A stretch of DNA of 63,635 bases, counting the filler, from Folioceros fuciformis (Eukaryota): the NCBI GenBank assembly GCA_049999805.1. It is 15 parts of 15 records of this genome, joined end to end, with 100 filler letters (N's around TTAATTAATTAA, not from the genome) between each part and the next. Parts side by side here need not be neighbours in the genome. Positions count along the whole stretch, not along the records: positions 9,227 to 14,244 come from JBNGIO010002197.1; positions 14,345 to 16,704 come from JBNGIO010002198.1; positions 16,805 to 20,258 come from JBNGIO010002199.1; positions 20,359 to 30,673 come from JBNGIO010002200.1; 11 more parts are not named here. One strand, written 5' to 3'. The notes beneath the pieces were generated by a model. That model had not been told where the DNA came from, did no database searches, and worked only from the letters and a program-made list of their open reading frames with translations. The translations under genes and the position numbers were made by a program. Positions 12,738 through 24,149 of the stretch are shown in pieces. How positions within the stretch are numbered: position 1 is the first letter of the stretch; every line of letters begins with the position of its first letter.

Positions 12738-14244
12738 TGTCAGTACTGAAAGGGTCGATAGAGGAGCATGGTGAAGCAGAGGAGAGAAGAAGAGAGGAGG
12801 AGAGGAGAAAGAGAGGTCTCACAGTGTCTCTCATAGCTCTATTGCAAAGGGAGCTCAAGAGGGTATTTATACCCTCTAGAAAAGCTCCCAAGGAAGATTC
12901 ACAAGAAGCTCACAGGAAGCTTCACAGGAAGCTATGCAGGAAGCTTCCTAAAGATTAGCTTAAGCTAATCTAAACTAATGATACTTAATTAGACACTAAT
13001 CTTAGACAAATCACAGTAATCTAATTAAACTAATCACATTAGTCTAATTAGACTAATCACATTAGTCTAATAAGACTAATCACATTAGTCTAATAAGACT
13101 AATCACATTAGTCTAATAAGACTAATCACATTAGTCTAATAAGACTAATCACATTAGTCTAAGCACATTGGGCTTTAATAACCCTACAACCACCCGCTTA
13201 AAGGCCAATTTACCTTCATAGGGGAGTGGTCTACCTCATGCCCATGAGTGTCCGAGCTTGTGCGAATTGCTCCGAAGAGAGCCCCTTGGTAAGAACATCT
13301 GCAAGGTTCTGACTAGTGTGAACTTTGACAAGTTGTACCCTCTTGTCTTCCAACACCTCTCGAATGAAGTGATACTTCACTTCCACATGTTTGGTCTTCG
13401 CATGAAACACTGGATTCTTTGCCAATTGAATAGCACTCTAGCTATCACAATGCAACACTGGCAGCTCAACCTTGATCCCTAAATCGCCCACTAGACGAGC
13501 AAGTCACATGGCTTCCTTGCATGCCTTAGTTGCTGCAACATACTCGGCCTCTGTAGTAGATAGTGTTATGCATGATTGCAAATGAGATCGCCATGAGATT
13601 GCCCCTCCTGTGCACATGAAGACGTAAGTAACCTGATGTGGACCTCCTTTTGTCCATATCCCCTACATAATCAGCATCCGTAAATCCCACGACAGATGCA
13701 TCTTCACTACCAAAACATAAGCACAAAGCTTTTGTACCATTTAAGTACCTCATAACTCCTTTCACTACCTCCCAATGCTTTCTGCCAGGGTTTGACATAA
13801 ACCTACTAACCACTCCCACTGAAAAGGCAATGTCAGGACGTGTAGCAATCATTGCATACATCAAACTCCCTACAGCTGATGAGTATGGAACCTTCTGCAT
13901 TTCAGCTTTGTCCTCCGCAGAGCTTAGGCAATCCTTGGTCAACAATTTCACATATGGAGGCAACGGAGTACTTAATACCTTTCCCTTCTCCATATTGAAA
14001 CGTTGAAGCACCTTGTTAATGTATTCAGTCTGAGACAAGTACAGCAAACGCTTCTGTCTATCTCGACGAACACGCATGCCAAGCATATGGCTTGCCTCTC
14101 CCAAGTTTGTCATGTGAAAGCGACTATTCAACTTTGACTTCACCGTTGAAATCTCATCACTGTTAGTCCCAGCAATTAGCATATCATGCACATAGAGGAC
14201 CAGAATGAGCAAGCTTCCATCCTTAGCTTGCTTCGTATAGAGGC
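12738..14244 (-). mobile_element. Ty1/Copia 3' part: RT/RNase H, PPT and 3' LTR (12738-13187)
   Basis: LVLYVHDMLI (YVDD variant), YSSAVGSLMYAMIATRPDIAF, KNPVFHAKTKHVEVKYHFIRE..NLADVLTK. A purine tract precedes the LTR start TGTAGGG at 13187 on the minus strand. Confidence 0.92.
13005..13165. repeat. Tandem array of a 23-bp palindromic unit inside the LTR
   Basis: AGACTAAT-CAC-ATTAGTCT(AATA) at period 23 (13051, 13074, 13097, 13120, 13143), plus degenerate units upstream. Confidence 0.9.
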
Positions 14245-14366
14245 NNNNNNNNNNNNNNNNNNNNNNNNNNNNNNNNNNNNNNNNNNNNTTAATTAATTAA
14301 NNNNNNNNNNNNNNNNNNNNNNNNNNNNNNNNNNNNNNNNNNNNACTAACACCACATGAGTTTAGC

Positions 14367-15634
14367 TCATATAGAGCTCGATAACTCAACATTCCATCCT
14401 TTAGCTGCTGCTAATGCTCTGATTGTCCTTACAGTTGTCATCTTGGCTACTGCACTAAAGGTTTCCTCATAATCAAGACCATACTGTTGTGCATATCCCT
14501 TTGCAACCAACCTGGCCTTGTAACGCTCCAGAGTTCCATCTGACTTGAACTTCAGCTTGTACACCCACTTAGAACCAATAGGAACCTTGCCATCAGGCAA
14601 TTGAACCAAATCCCACGTTTCGTTCTCAACTAATGCTGAGTATTTTTCATCCATGGCTTGACACCACTTATCATCTGTCACTGCCTCAGCAAACTTGGTT
14701 GGCTCCTTACAAGCTATGACCCTTGTCATATACGCATAATGTTGCGCATTGTAGCTTCTATAGGTGTACCTGTCAATGGGTTTCGTAACCCTCTCAGATC
14801 TCCTTGGTCTTGGTTCATTTTGAACCTGCCTTGCATATTGTTGCTCCTTAGCACCTGGCGTTTCCACAGACGGAATGCCAAACTCATTGTCAATGCTCTC
14901 ACTACTTGAGGATTCATATCCCTCATTTCCAGTTTTGCTGCTTTCTACTCTCCCCCTCACTGACATATCCAGGTTAGTGGTCTTCGATTTACCATTCCGC
15001 AGTCTTCTAGACCATGGATTCACCGTTGGTGATCCACCATTGGTCACATCCTCACTCTTTGCTGGAGTACTCTTAACAGTACTCTCCCCTGTGGGTTTGT
15101 CATAGGGTAGTGCAACTGAGTTGCTATACCAGGAGGCTAACTCATCAAATACCACATCCCTACTTATCAGGATCTCATGTGTGGATGGCACATAACACTT
15201 ATATGCCTTCCTATTTCGTGCATACCCCAGAAAAACACTCTTCACTGCTTTAGGATCCAACTTCCTACGCTTCTCATCAAGTACATGCACATATGCAATG
15301 CACCCAAACACTTTCAAGTGCCTAATATCCGGCTTATAGCCATACAGTCTCTCTCAATTGGTGTAGCATTATGAATTCCTGCCGTAGGAGTTCGATTCAG
15401 TACATACACTGCTATCATCACTGCTTCTGCCCAATAATCGTTAGGGAAGCACTTCTCATTCAGCATTGCCCTTGCTGTTTCCATGACTACCCTGTTCTTC
15501 TTCTCTGCAACACCATTCTGCTGTGGTGTGGATCTGCAAGTCAGCTGTCTTCGTATACCATGATCTGCAAGATACCTGTCAAACTCATTTGAGACATATT
15601 CTCCCCCTCCATCTGATCTTAGACAAGAGATGGA
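14367..15634 (-). mobile_element. Ty1/Copia integrase core to RT start (decayed)
   Basis: RSDGGGEY..TPQQNGVAE, KVFGCIAYVHV..RRKLDPKA, WVYKLK..RYKARLVAKGY..DYEETF. Confidence 0.92.
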
Positions 15635-16704
15635 TGTGGAGGCAAAACCCCGGGCACTGATTGCCGACGGGTTCCACCTTTAGTGGCCACACTTATCCCA
15701 CTGTCGTTGAGACATTGGGTTTCGTTCCCATGAAGGAGCGATGGGGTTCCTTGCTGCTGTGGATGGAGGGTCGGACTTGATCGACTCGATGACGGATTCG
15801 AGGGCTCCCCTCCAGCTCCGATCAGGCGTAGGACAGGCCTCGCTGTCCGGCGGTCAGCTGCACCTCTCTCGGTGCCCACAAACTCACTCCAGTCACTACA
15901 ACGACTCTAACCTCTCAGATCTGCGTCTTCCTTCACTCACTTCACTCACTCTCTCGCTCCAGCACCAACACCAGCAACTACTAGCAACCAGCAACGACAC
16001 CACTACCTTGTATACTTCCCTACGGACTCCTCCTACCCGGCAAGAGTCACTAGACTAACCCCAAACAAAAGGAAGAAGGGAACACACTCCCCTCTTAGGT
16101 ATCTCCTCCCCACAACCTTACTAGACGCCATGAGACATGGCCGGCCTACAGCACTTGACCAAGCAAGGAACAAGAGTGGACAGGTTGAGAGAAAGACACA
16201 CCCTTTACAATCAAGAGCTAGGGGCAAGCCCCTACACCTTGGTCATTACACCTTGTGATCCTACCAGACACTATACAACCGGCAACACGCTGCCCGCGGT
16301 CCCACCAGACACTGTACAGCCGGCAACACGCTGCCTGCGATCTTACCAGACACTGTACAGCCGGCAACACACGGCTTGCGATCCTACCAGACGTTGCACA
16401 GCCGGCAACACACTACAGGTCCTAGACCAAGCAGGGACAAACCACAAGAGCTCATGAAGAGAGGACCTCCAAGAGCTCACAAAGAGATAGACTGACTCCC
16501 AAAGTGAATGACTCCTTCTTCCTACAGGCTCACCTGATCTTATAGGAGCCTCTCTCTCTCTCTGACTTCACCTCTCTCTAACTTGAGAAATATTATTTTA
16601 ATAGCCTATCCGGCTGTCACCAGCCACTTATTTAGACTTCTAGCACAACCTGCCATCAATGAGCTCCTGGCCCTACCACCACAAGGATCTACCACCTCTT
16701 AGAC
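15635..16704 (+). mobile_element. High-copy LTR family B, copy 1, inserted in the Copia integrase
   Basis: Starts TGTGGAGGCAAAACCCCGGGC and is near-identical to five other copies. Contains four ~41-bp internal repeats (16257-16420). Confidence 0.85.
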
Positions 16705-16804
16705 NNNNNNNNNNNNNNNNNNNNNNNNNNNNNNNNNNNNNNNNNNNNTTAATTAATTAANNNNNNNNNNNNNNNNNNNNNNNNNNNNNNNNNNNNNNNN
16801 NNNN

Positions 16805-17000
16805 TACGCCTGATCGGAGCTGGAGGGGAGCCCTCGAATCCATCATCGAGTTCATCAAGTCCGACCCTCCATCCACAGCAGCAAGGAACCCCATCGCTCC
16901 TTCGTGGGAACGAAACCCAATGTCTCAACGACAGTGGGATAAGTGTGGCCACTAAAGGTGGGACCCGTCGGCAATCAGTGCCCGGGGTTTTGCCTCCACA
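16805..17000 (-). mobile_element. LTR family B, copy 2 (partial)
   Basis: Reverse complement of the same TGTGGAGGC terminus. Runs into the contig edge. Confidence 0.85.
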
Positions 17001-18568
17001 CTGCATTTAGCTCTAGAATGGATGCATCCAGAGTGAACATCCGTCCATTCCTACTACCTTAGCAATCAATTTGCGCCCTCTGTCATATTCTTCAATAAAG
17101 CATCCATCTTTATTGAATCGAACCTGCAGATTTTGTTCAGCCATTTGTCCAACAGACAACTGGTTCTTCGTAATGGTTGGAACATGCAACACATCTTGCA
17201 GACTCTTCTGCTGACCATTCGGCATCCTAAGAGGTGTAGGGTTCTTAAAGCCCAATGTGCTTAGACTAACGTGTTTAGTCTAAGAGTAGTGTCTAATTAA
17301 TTACCATTAGTTTAAATTAGCTTAAGCTAATCTGAAGGAAGCTTCTTGTGCAGCTTCTCGTGGGCTTCTTGTGAAGTTTCCTAGGGAGCTCTTCTAAAGG
17401 GTATAAATACCCTCTTGAGCTCCCTTGTATGTGTGACTCTATTGTGAGAGTGTAACCTCTCTTTCTCCTCTCCTCCTTGCCTCCTCCTCTCCTCTCCTTC
17501 ACCATGTAGCTCCTAGAGCGTTCCTTCAAGAAGAACAATTCCTCTATGCTTTATGTCATGTTGTGTGTCATCTCCTGTACACACATGACCATGGGGACCT
17601 GCATCCATCTTGTTAAACCACTCGCCATGCGGAGTCATGTGGTTTGATGCTTCTGAATCAATGTACCATCTCTCATCATTCTGCCCATCCTGTTCAGAGA
17701 GATGTTGCATGGCAAACAACCTATCCTGGTCATTTCCAGCATTACTAGAGGAGGCATAGTTCTCATGCTGCCTTCCTTTTCCTTTCATGTCAGCTTGCTG
17801 CTTATAGCAGTCCTTAGCAATATGACCAACCTTACCACAGTAGTAACACTCCTTGTCTCTATTGGAATGGTCATGAGATTGAAAAGAACCATCTCTTCCT
17901 CTTGTGGCTCTACCTGCGCCTCTAAAACTTCCAGATTCTCTCTGGCCTTGCGCATTTCCTCCACGCCAATTGTCTTGCTGATTTTGCGTGTTCCGAGCAT
18001 CACCCCGTCCTCGGAATGAACCACGATCTCTGTGGCCTCTCCCACGCTGGTTAGAAAACAAAACAGTGTCTCTCCCTTGAGATATACCTGAACCTGTGTT
18101 CAGACCAAGCTTAACTTCCTCATGCAGCAAAAAAGCAACCAATTCATCCCAACTTGGGAACTCAAGTCTCACAGAGATTGATGTGTCAAAGGACTTGTAC
18201 TCCTTGCCAAGTCCATTCAGAGTAACTGCAACCATGTCATCTTCCGTCACACTTGCACTGATTGTAGCAAGCTGATCAGCTATGGTCTTCACCTCTGTTG
18301 TATACACGAGTATGGATCTGCTACCTCGTGACAAGTTGTTGAACTGTTGCTTCAACTGAATTTTCCTAGCATGTGTGACATTTCCATAGTTCCTCATGAG
18401 TATGTCCCATGCATCCTTCGGAGACTCACATCCCGTGATCTATATGACCATAGCATCTGAAATGCTTCAGGAGAGCCAGTGCAACACTTTACATGCTCTC
18501 TCAGTCCAATGCTTGTGAGCAGTCTTTTGCTCCTGTGATGGAGTACGATCCATCTCTGGTTCACTCTC
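17001..18568 (-). mobile_element. Ty1/Copia gag-protease region, interrupted by a solo LTR
   Basis: UBN2-type gag, zinc knuckle CYYCGKVGHIAKDC, protease WYIDSEASNHMT and VLHVP..NQLSV. Close paralogue at 33591-34696. Confidence 0.92.
17235..17528 (+). mobile_element. Solo LTR (Copia family A) inside Copia pol
   Basis: TGTAGGG..CTTCA flanked by AGAGG/AGAAG (TSD with one mismatch). Removing it restores HRGIV-PLRMPNG. Confidence 0.85.
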
Positions 18569-19006
18569 CGATCAGTACCAAGATGAGGGACCAACCCCAT
18601 GCATTACGTTTTTTTTTATTCTTTTTTCTAAAAAGATTTTTTTTTTTTTGATAGGCATATTCACAGCCAAGACACTATGCTACCTAGACATACTAGGGCA
18701 AGCAATCTTCTAGGCATAATAAACATAGGCCATCAAAGCCGTGGCTCTGATACCAAGTTAGAATTGCTAACGCGGAAGCAGATGCATTGAAAATGATCTA
18801 TTAGCAAATTAATTAGGTGGATACAAAGGTAGGCCTTAAGCAGCAGTTTACGAAGGGGTGTGCCCTTTGATTAACCTGCCAGTTAACTAACTACACGTAT
18901 AACTATGTCTAGTTAGGCTAACCAACGTAATACAAAACCACGTGGTCTGCCTTATATTCCAACTGGCTCATTAGGTAAATTATGAGAAATCTAGTCATTT
19001 AGAACA
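18569..19006 (-). mobile_element. 5' LTR with tRNA-Met PBS of a further nested element
   Basis: Minus-strand TGTTCTA.. start at 19006. PBS TGGTATCAGAGCC at ~18755-18743. Confidence 0.65.
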
Positions 19007-20155
19007 TGTTTTTCATTAAAGATAACTGATCTGGCATGAAACATCTTACATTTGATTGGCTCATATACTTATAGCCGTGAATTCCAGAAGTATACCCTAT
19101 GAATGTGCAAGGTGTTGTCTTAGTCTCCAACTTTCTGCGTAATTGTTGTGGTATATGGGCATATGCAAGACTGCCGAAGATACACAAATGTGATACATCT
19201 GGTTTCCTATTATACCAGGATTGAAAGGGGGTCATCTTAGGAAGAGCTGATGTAGGAAGCAAGTTCTGTAAACAGGCTATTGTTGCCACGGCTTCAGCCC
19301 AAAACTTTAGAGGTAATTTTGCTTGATGAAGCATGCTTAAGGCTGATTCTTGCACAGATCTGTGCTTGCGTTCGGCGCGACCATTCATCTCTAAATTATA
19401 GGGAATTGTTAATTGTCTTGTAATGCTCTTATGTCTACAGAAATCTTCAAACTAATTGGAGAGGTTTTCGCCACCATTATCGGAGCATAATGATTTCAAC
19501 ATCTTGCCTGTATGGTGCTCTGCATAAGATAAGTAGTCCTTAAAAGTTTGAGAGACATCACTCTTTGCCTTCAATACATATGGGATTGTAAAATGTGAGT
19601 AGTCATTTATGTATACTATAAAGTATCTGCCACCTCTTAGGGAAGGAATTGACATGGGGCCACATACGTCAGAGTGCACAAGGGACAAAAGCTCAGTCAT
19701 GGGCTTATCCTTGCCAGTGCCAAAGTGTTGTTTCCTTTGTTTTCCATGGATGCATGCTTCACAAAAATTTTCTGGAATGTGCTTAATTGATTCCATACCA
19801 CTAACCAACTGTTCCTTCACTATCTTGGTCATTATTGCAGATCCAGGATGCCCTAAATGGCAGTGCTATGTGAGAACTGAAGATGTATTAGGCTTTTGAG
19901 AGGAAACTGCATAATTATGAGCTGCAAACGAACTCTCATTCTCGCATAACAATGGAGATATATTCAATTTATATAGGTCATTATGTGCAAGTCCTATAGC
20001 GACAGGAATTTGCATAATTGATTTCCTGTAAATATAACATGCTTCATCTTCTAGCATAGTTCTGTAGAGCTTAGTTCTTCCTAAGCACATGCTACTGACC
20101 AAATTTTTGGCTGTAGCAGGAACATGCAGGGTGTTTATTAAATCGACAATGCAGC
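19007..20155 (-). mobile_element. Ty1/Copia GAG-pre-integrase and integrase (decayed)
   Basis: FCEACIHGKQ, LVHSDVCGPM, SDNGGE, NGRAERKHR, FWAEAV. Confidence 0.92.
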
Positions 20156-20258
20156 TGTGAACCTCCAAAGTTTGGGGTAGTAGTTTGTTTTGGTTGAAAA
20201 AGAGTTAATAGTGGTATGGTTTGGTTTTCTTTTTCTACTTATTTTCCCTAATTTTCCT
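20156..20258 (+). mobile_element. Start of LTR family C (second copy at 55393-55439)
   Basis: TGTGAACCTCCAAAG..GGGGTAGTAGTTTGTTTTGGTTGAAAAAG occurs at both contig ends. Confidence 0.65.
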
Positions 20259-20358
20259 NNNNNNNNNNNNNNNNNNNNNNNNNNNNNNNNNNNNNNNNNN
20301 NNTTAATTAATTAANNNNNNNNNNNNNNNNNNNNNNNNNNNNNNNNNNNNNNNNNNNN

Positions 20359-21720
20359 TTTCCGGATTGGAGACAGGGATCCTCGCAGCAGCTGCGCATG
20401 CGCTTGAATTTGCCAATAGCTGGTCTTTTGCACGAGGTGGCCAGAGGCCGCTTCTGGTGGAAAACGTGGGGGCCGCGCCCGGGGGATGCTGACCGCGCCC
20501 TCAAGCTGGCCAAGGCGGCGCTGCGAAGGGCGCCTCTCCTGCTGCCCATCTACAACCACTGCTACATCCCCTGCTCGCCCAACCTTGCGGGAAATCCCAT
20601 CTTCTTTGTGCACCACAAGGACGTTTTCTACTGCGGCTACGACCTCGCAGACTACTTCCAGCGGGAGGCTTTTATTCCCCGCGACCTCGATCAGCCGCAC
20701 ATGCAGCTGCAATTGCCGCAGCCGGACTCCAAGAAGCCCGATTTCATGAAGGTGCAGCACAGGAAGGAGAGGTCGCAGGCGGCGAGGCTGCGGGTGCGGG
20801 AGGATGACGACGGTGAGGGCAGGAAGCTGCCGTGGATAGAGGAGGGGAACGAGAGCGCGGAGTGCCGAGCTGCCGCGTTGGAGGAGGAGCAGGAGGCGAG
20901 GAGGGTGGCTGCCGGAGCGGAGAGCAGCTCTGGGAGGCCGGAGTCGGAGTCCTGGGGGCGGCATGTGGATTCGCTGGCGCTGGCTTTTGCCAAGGGGTCG
21001 CTAGAGACGGTGCCGGCCAGGAAGTCGGATGCCAGCGAGCCCGTGAGGCAGCCTGATGGCTGGTGGCGGGCGTCTTCCGCCGTTGATTCTCAGGCCAGCC
21101 CCAGGAAGCTGGCGGAGGCGGTGCTTTATGGGCAGACGCTGCTGGCCCACAGCAACCATTTCGTGGAGAAGCGGAAGGACTTGGGGCAGTTCACCATGTC
21201 CGCTCCTCCTTGGGCCGCCAAGTCAGCTCGGAGGATAGAATTTTGGACTGACCTAGTGGAGAAGAAGCATCTCAACGCGGCCCCTGCTGACACTCACTTC
21301 ACGGCATACAAGGTGGAGGGGGATGCCGTGAAGGCGGCCCCAAGGGAGTTGGTGTGGGAGGATCAGCCGCGGAATGAGTTCCGGAGGAAGTTCATGCCCA
21401 TGTGGCTGACTGGCTATCTGGAAGACCTGGGCACCCAATTGAGGAAAGGTGGCTGGAGCGATACCGACGTGGCAGAGATGCTCGAGACGTTGCCGGTGAG
21501 CGGGAGTGAGCCGCTCGGCAAGCAGCTGCTCATGGACAGACTGTCGGTGCAAGTGGAGATGCTGGCCTCGACTTTGAGGAAGTCTGGGTGGAGCATGCAG
21601 GATGTTGCGGAGATTCTCAATTCCAATCCCCTGTGGCAGCAGAGGAGAACCATGCCCAAGATCACTCCCAAGCTTGCCCTCAAGATTGGCAAAATTACAG
21701 AGTATGTTGACAAGGGATAG
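20359..21720 (+). CDS. Conserved uncharacterised plant protein (At3g50340/At5g67020-like); 5' end cut by contig edge
   Basis: Open from the contig edge: FPDWR..LNLPIAG..FWWKTWGPRP..APLLLPIYNHCYIP..LAGNPIFFV..YCGYDLADYF..RRIEFW..LRKGGWS. GC-rich coding bias. Family assigned from recalled motifs, not from a search. Confidence 0.8.
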   Translation, partial: FPDWRQGSSQQLRMRLNLPIAGLLHEVARGRFWWKTWGPRPGDADRALKLAKAALRRAPLLLPIYNHCYIPCSPNLAGNPIFFVHHKDVFYCGYDLADYFQREAFIPRDLDQPHMQLQLPQPDSKKPDFMKVQHRKERSQAARLRVREDDDGEGRKLPWIEEGNESAECRAAALEEEQEARRVAAGAESSSGRPESESWGRHVDSLALAFAKGSLETVPARKSDASEPVRQPDGWWRASSAVDSQASPRKLAEAVLYGQTLLAHSNHFVEKRKDLGQFTMSAPPWAAKSARRIEFWTDLVEKKHLNAAPADTHFTAYKVEGDAVKAAPRELVWEDQPRNEFRRKFMPMWLTGYLEDLGTQLRKGGWSDTDVAEMLETLPVSGSEPLGKQLLMDRLSVQVEMLASTLRKSGWSMQDVAEILNSNPLWQQRRTMPKITPKLALKIGKITEYVDKG

Positions 21721-22602
21721 CCACCTAACGTTCCTGGCTCCTCCTTTTTTCTTTTTTCTCCTTTTTTTTGTGGAATAAGAAGGAGGAGAGAAACTTTGAG
21801 AGGTGAACGACCGTTCTTTGCCGTAAACCATGTGAGGCTTGGTTGTATGTAGTAGATCCAACAACAAAGTGTCCCTTCTTACCTTACCTTCTACCTCCTC
21901 TGCAGGCCTCAGGTCTCACAGCATGTCGTACAGAAATTGTTGCAAAAATGGCACCTGCCTCAAATTATGAAACTGTAGAGAAGAGAACAGGGCAGCAGCA
22001 ACAGCAGCCCTGGAGCCTCAGGAGGGGAGCAGGCAGTGAGCAAAATGGGAAGTCTTGTTGGAAGAGTGGTACTTACAAGATCATGATGGAAGACCAGCGG
22101 TTGTTGAAGAAGGTTGCTGGCTTTGTCTTGAATGTCTGGAAGGTACAGTGTGAAACTGCTTTCCTTTTGAGGCGCTGTATCATAGCAAGCCGTGGTGTAG
22201 CCTGTGGGAGCCACTCCTCCGGAGTCTTTCTTCTTTATTTGGGCAAGTCAGAACTTTGGAGACTTGGCCAACGACGCTTTAGATAGCATTCTGTACAGTT
22301 GTAGCTTGTCTGTAGGAGCTTTCATCAGTCCAGCCTGGTCGTCGGTGCAACCTGATGAAACTCGTCCTACGTCAGGAATACTCAAACTCCTGGACTCTTG
22401 CTGAGAACGCCCCATGGTTTTGCATCTCCTTCTCTGCCCAATCACGTGCGTCTGTCCTTGATTTGCACTTGTAGACAGACAAGAAAACCAACTGGCAACC
22501 AGTAAGTACGGTGTTTCAGATAATGCAGACCAACAACCTGTGCCCCGGTGCGATGCGGTGCTCCCGTTGCTTAACTGATGTAGAGCACCAGCCCGAAACT
22601 GG

Positions 22603-23527
22603 ATGAGAATGGCTGAGCTCGTCTCACCGTCTGTCACTCGTTCTGCCGTCGGGCTTGGCTGCAGCAAGGCATGGCGGGTTGGTACTGTGCCAAGGTCTAC
22701 TCCTGTGCAGAGGACTAACCGGCGGCATACTTCATGTCGCTGTGCCTCAAGCTCAGGCCGGGATGAGCCTGGTTTGCTTTCCAGCAAGCATTCCCGTTCC
22801 ATCGGCAGGTCGGAGAAGTTTGCTCAAGGAGGAGCCTTGGGTCTCGTCATCCTCGGATCGACCCTGGCCTTCCCAGAGTTGGCTTCCGCAGTGGAGCTCT
22901 CTGCCTCCAGCTTTGCCGAGCTGCTGGCAAACGAGCCCCAGAATGCACTCTCTCTGCCTACCTGGACAATACATGTTGCCAGCGTTGCTGAATGGTATTT
23001 GCCTTACAGGCGGCCTCGCTCCGCAGATTTGCCTCTTCTCCCAATTGATGCAATTTACCAAGGAGAGCAGTCTAGTGAGGCAGGCCTTTGTGTGCCGCAG
23101 GGTGACTGCAATGAGCCTCGTGTGGCAATACGGGGGCACACCTGGAAATGCTGCATGGAAGGGGTTGGCCTGGGGAATGGTACGTGACTTTCTCTGACAC
23201 TCACATGCACACACTCGCGCCTCAGGATAACTTGTTGACACTTTTTGGGAGCAGGTTCCATTGCTGGGAGGGGCCATGTGTGCTTGCACATGGCATTTCT
23301 TCTACAACGCGAATTCTTTGGATGTGAGGCGCCAACTTCTCTGCCTGCTCCCGCTGGTGCTACACATCATGCTTGGTGATTTATCTGTCAGCTCATTTAC
23401 CTATTTGTACGCCTTGTGCTAGGTCTTGGTGGTGCTTCAAGGAGCGCTTACTCTCATCGGCAATTTCACTATGTGGATCGCAGCGTTCCGTATTTACATG
23501 GCCTCTCAAGAAAAGTCCTCTTCGTGA
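22603..23527 (+). CDS. Ycf49-like / DUF2499 plastid membrane protein, 4 exons
   Basis: Exons 22603-22994, 23101-23179, 23255-23323 and 23423-23527 give a transit peptide then NALSLPTWTIHVASVAEW-VTAMSLVW..WKGLAWGM-VPLLGGAMCACTWHFFYN-VLVVLQGALTLIGNFTM. Confidence 0.9.
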
Positions 23528-24149
23528 GCTCATCTGCTAGTAGTTCTTGGCTGGCAATGAAGTTTTGACAAAGCAACGTACAAAATGACGAAAGACGTCT
23601 GGCCGTGCGCCACGCTAGACAGTGAATATACCAAATGAAGCAACCTTCCTGTTCAAAACATTGTCGGTGTTCCCGTATTGCACTGTACCGTGCTTGTATC
23701 ATTCCACGGCTGGTTGTTCATCACAATCAAGGTGGAAGGGTACTGCATGATGCATGGCTGTTGGTGGTGGCACATCGGCGCTATCCTTTCTGTAGCTTCA
23801 GTTTTCGAGATATTCCCTAATGTCGAAAAGGAGAACGAAGTAGCCGACACTCGAATCTCAGTAATCTGCTACAGCGCCATTTCAGAGCCCTTGGGATTCG
23901 TCCACAGATTGAATCTTCAACATTGGAGAGAGATGTTTATAAGATTGATTCTTCAACATTGAAGAAAGAGGTTTATACACAGGCTTCTACATTTCTACAA
24001 AATTGGACAGCCACAAGGGTAGTCCACGAAGCACATAGTCTACCGCTGTGGGTGACTGGCTCAATCCTTCTGCAGTTGGCGCTGTAGTGTGCCTACATGT
24101 GTAATGGCTATGGTACACTTATGGTACAGCGTTCATTTAATCTGGCTAG

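Noticed and set aside
13005-13165. Palindromic direct repeats resembling a CRISPR array
   Set aside because: Units are contiguous with no unique spacers, lie inside a plant LTR, and no cas genes are present.
15619-16457. Repeated ORFs (MGTERGAADRR.., MGFLAAVDGG.., MPLALDCKG..) seen in several places
   Set aside because: They recur only because the LTR B copies are near-identical. They overlap on both strands and have no recognisable domain.
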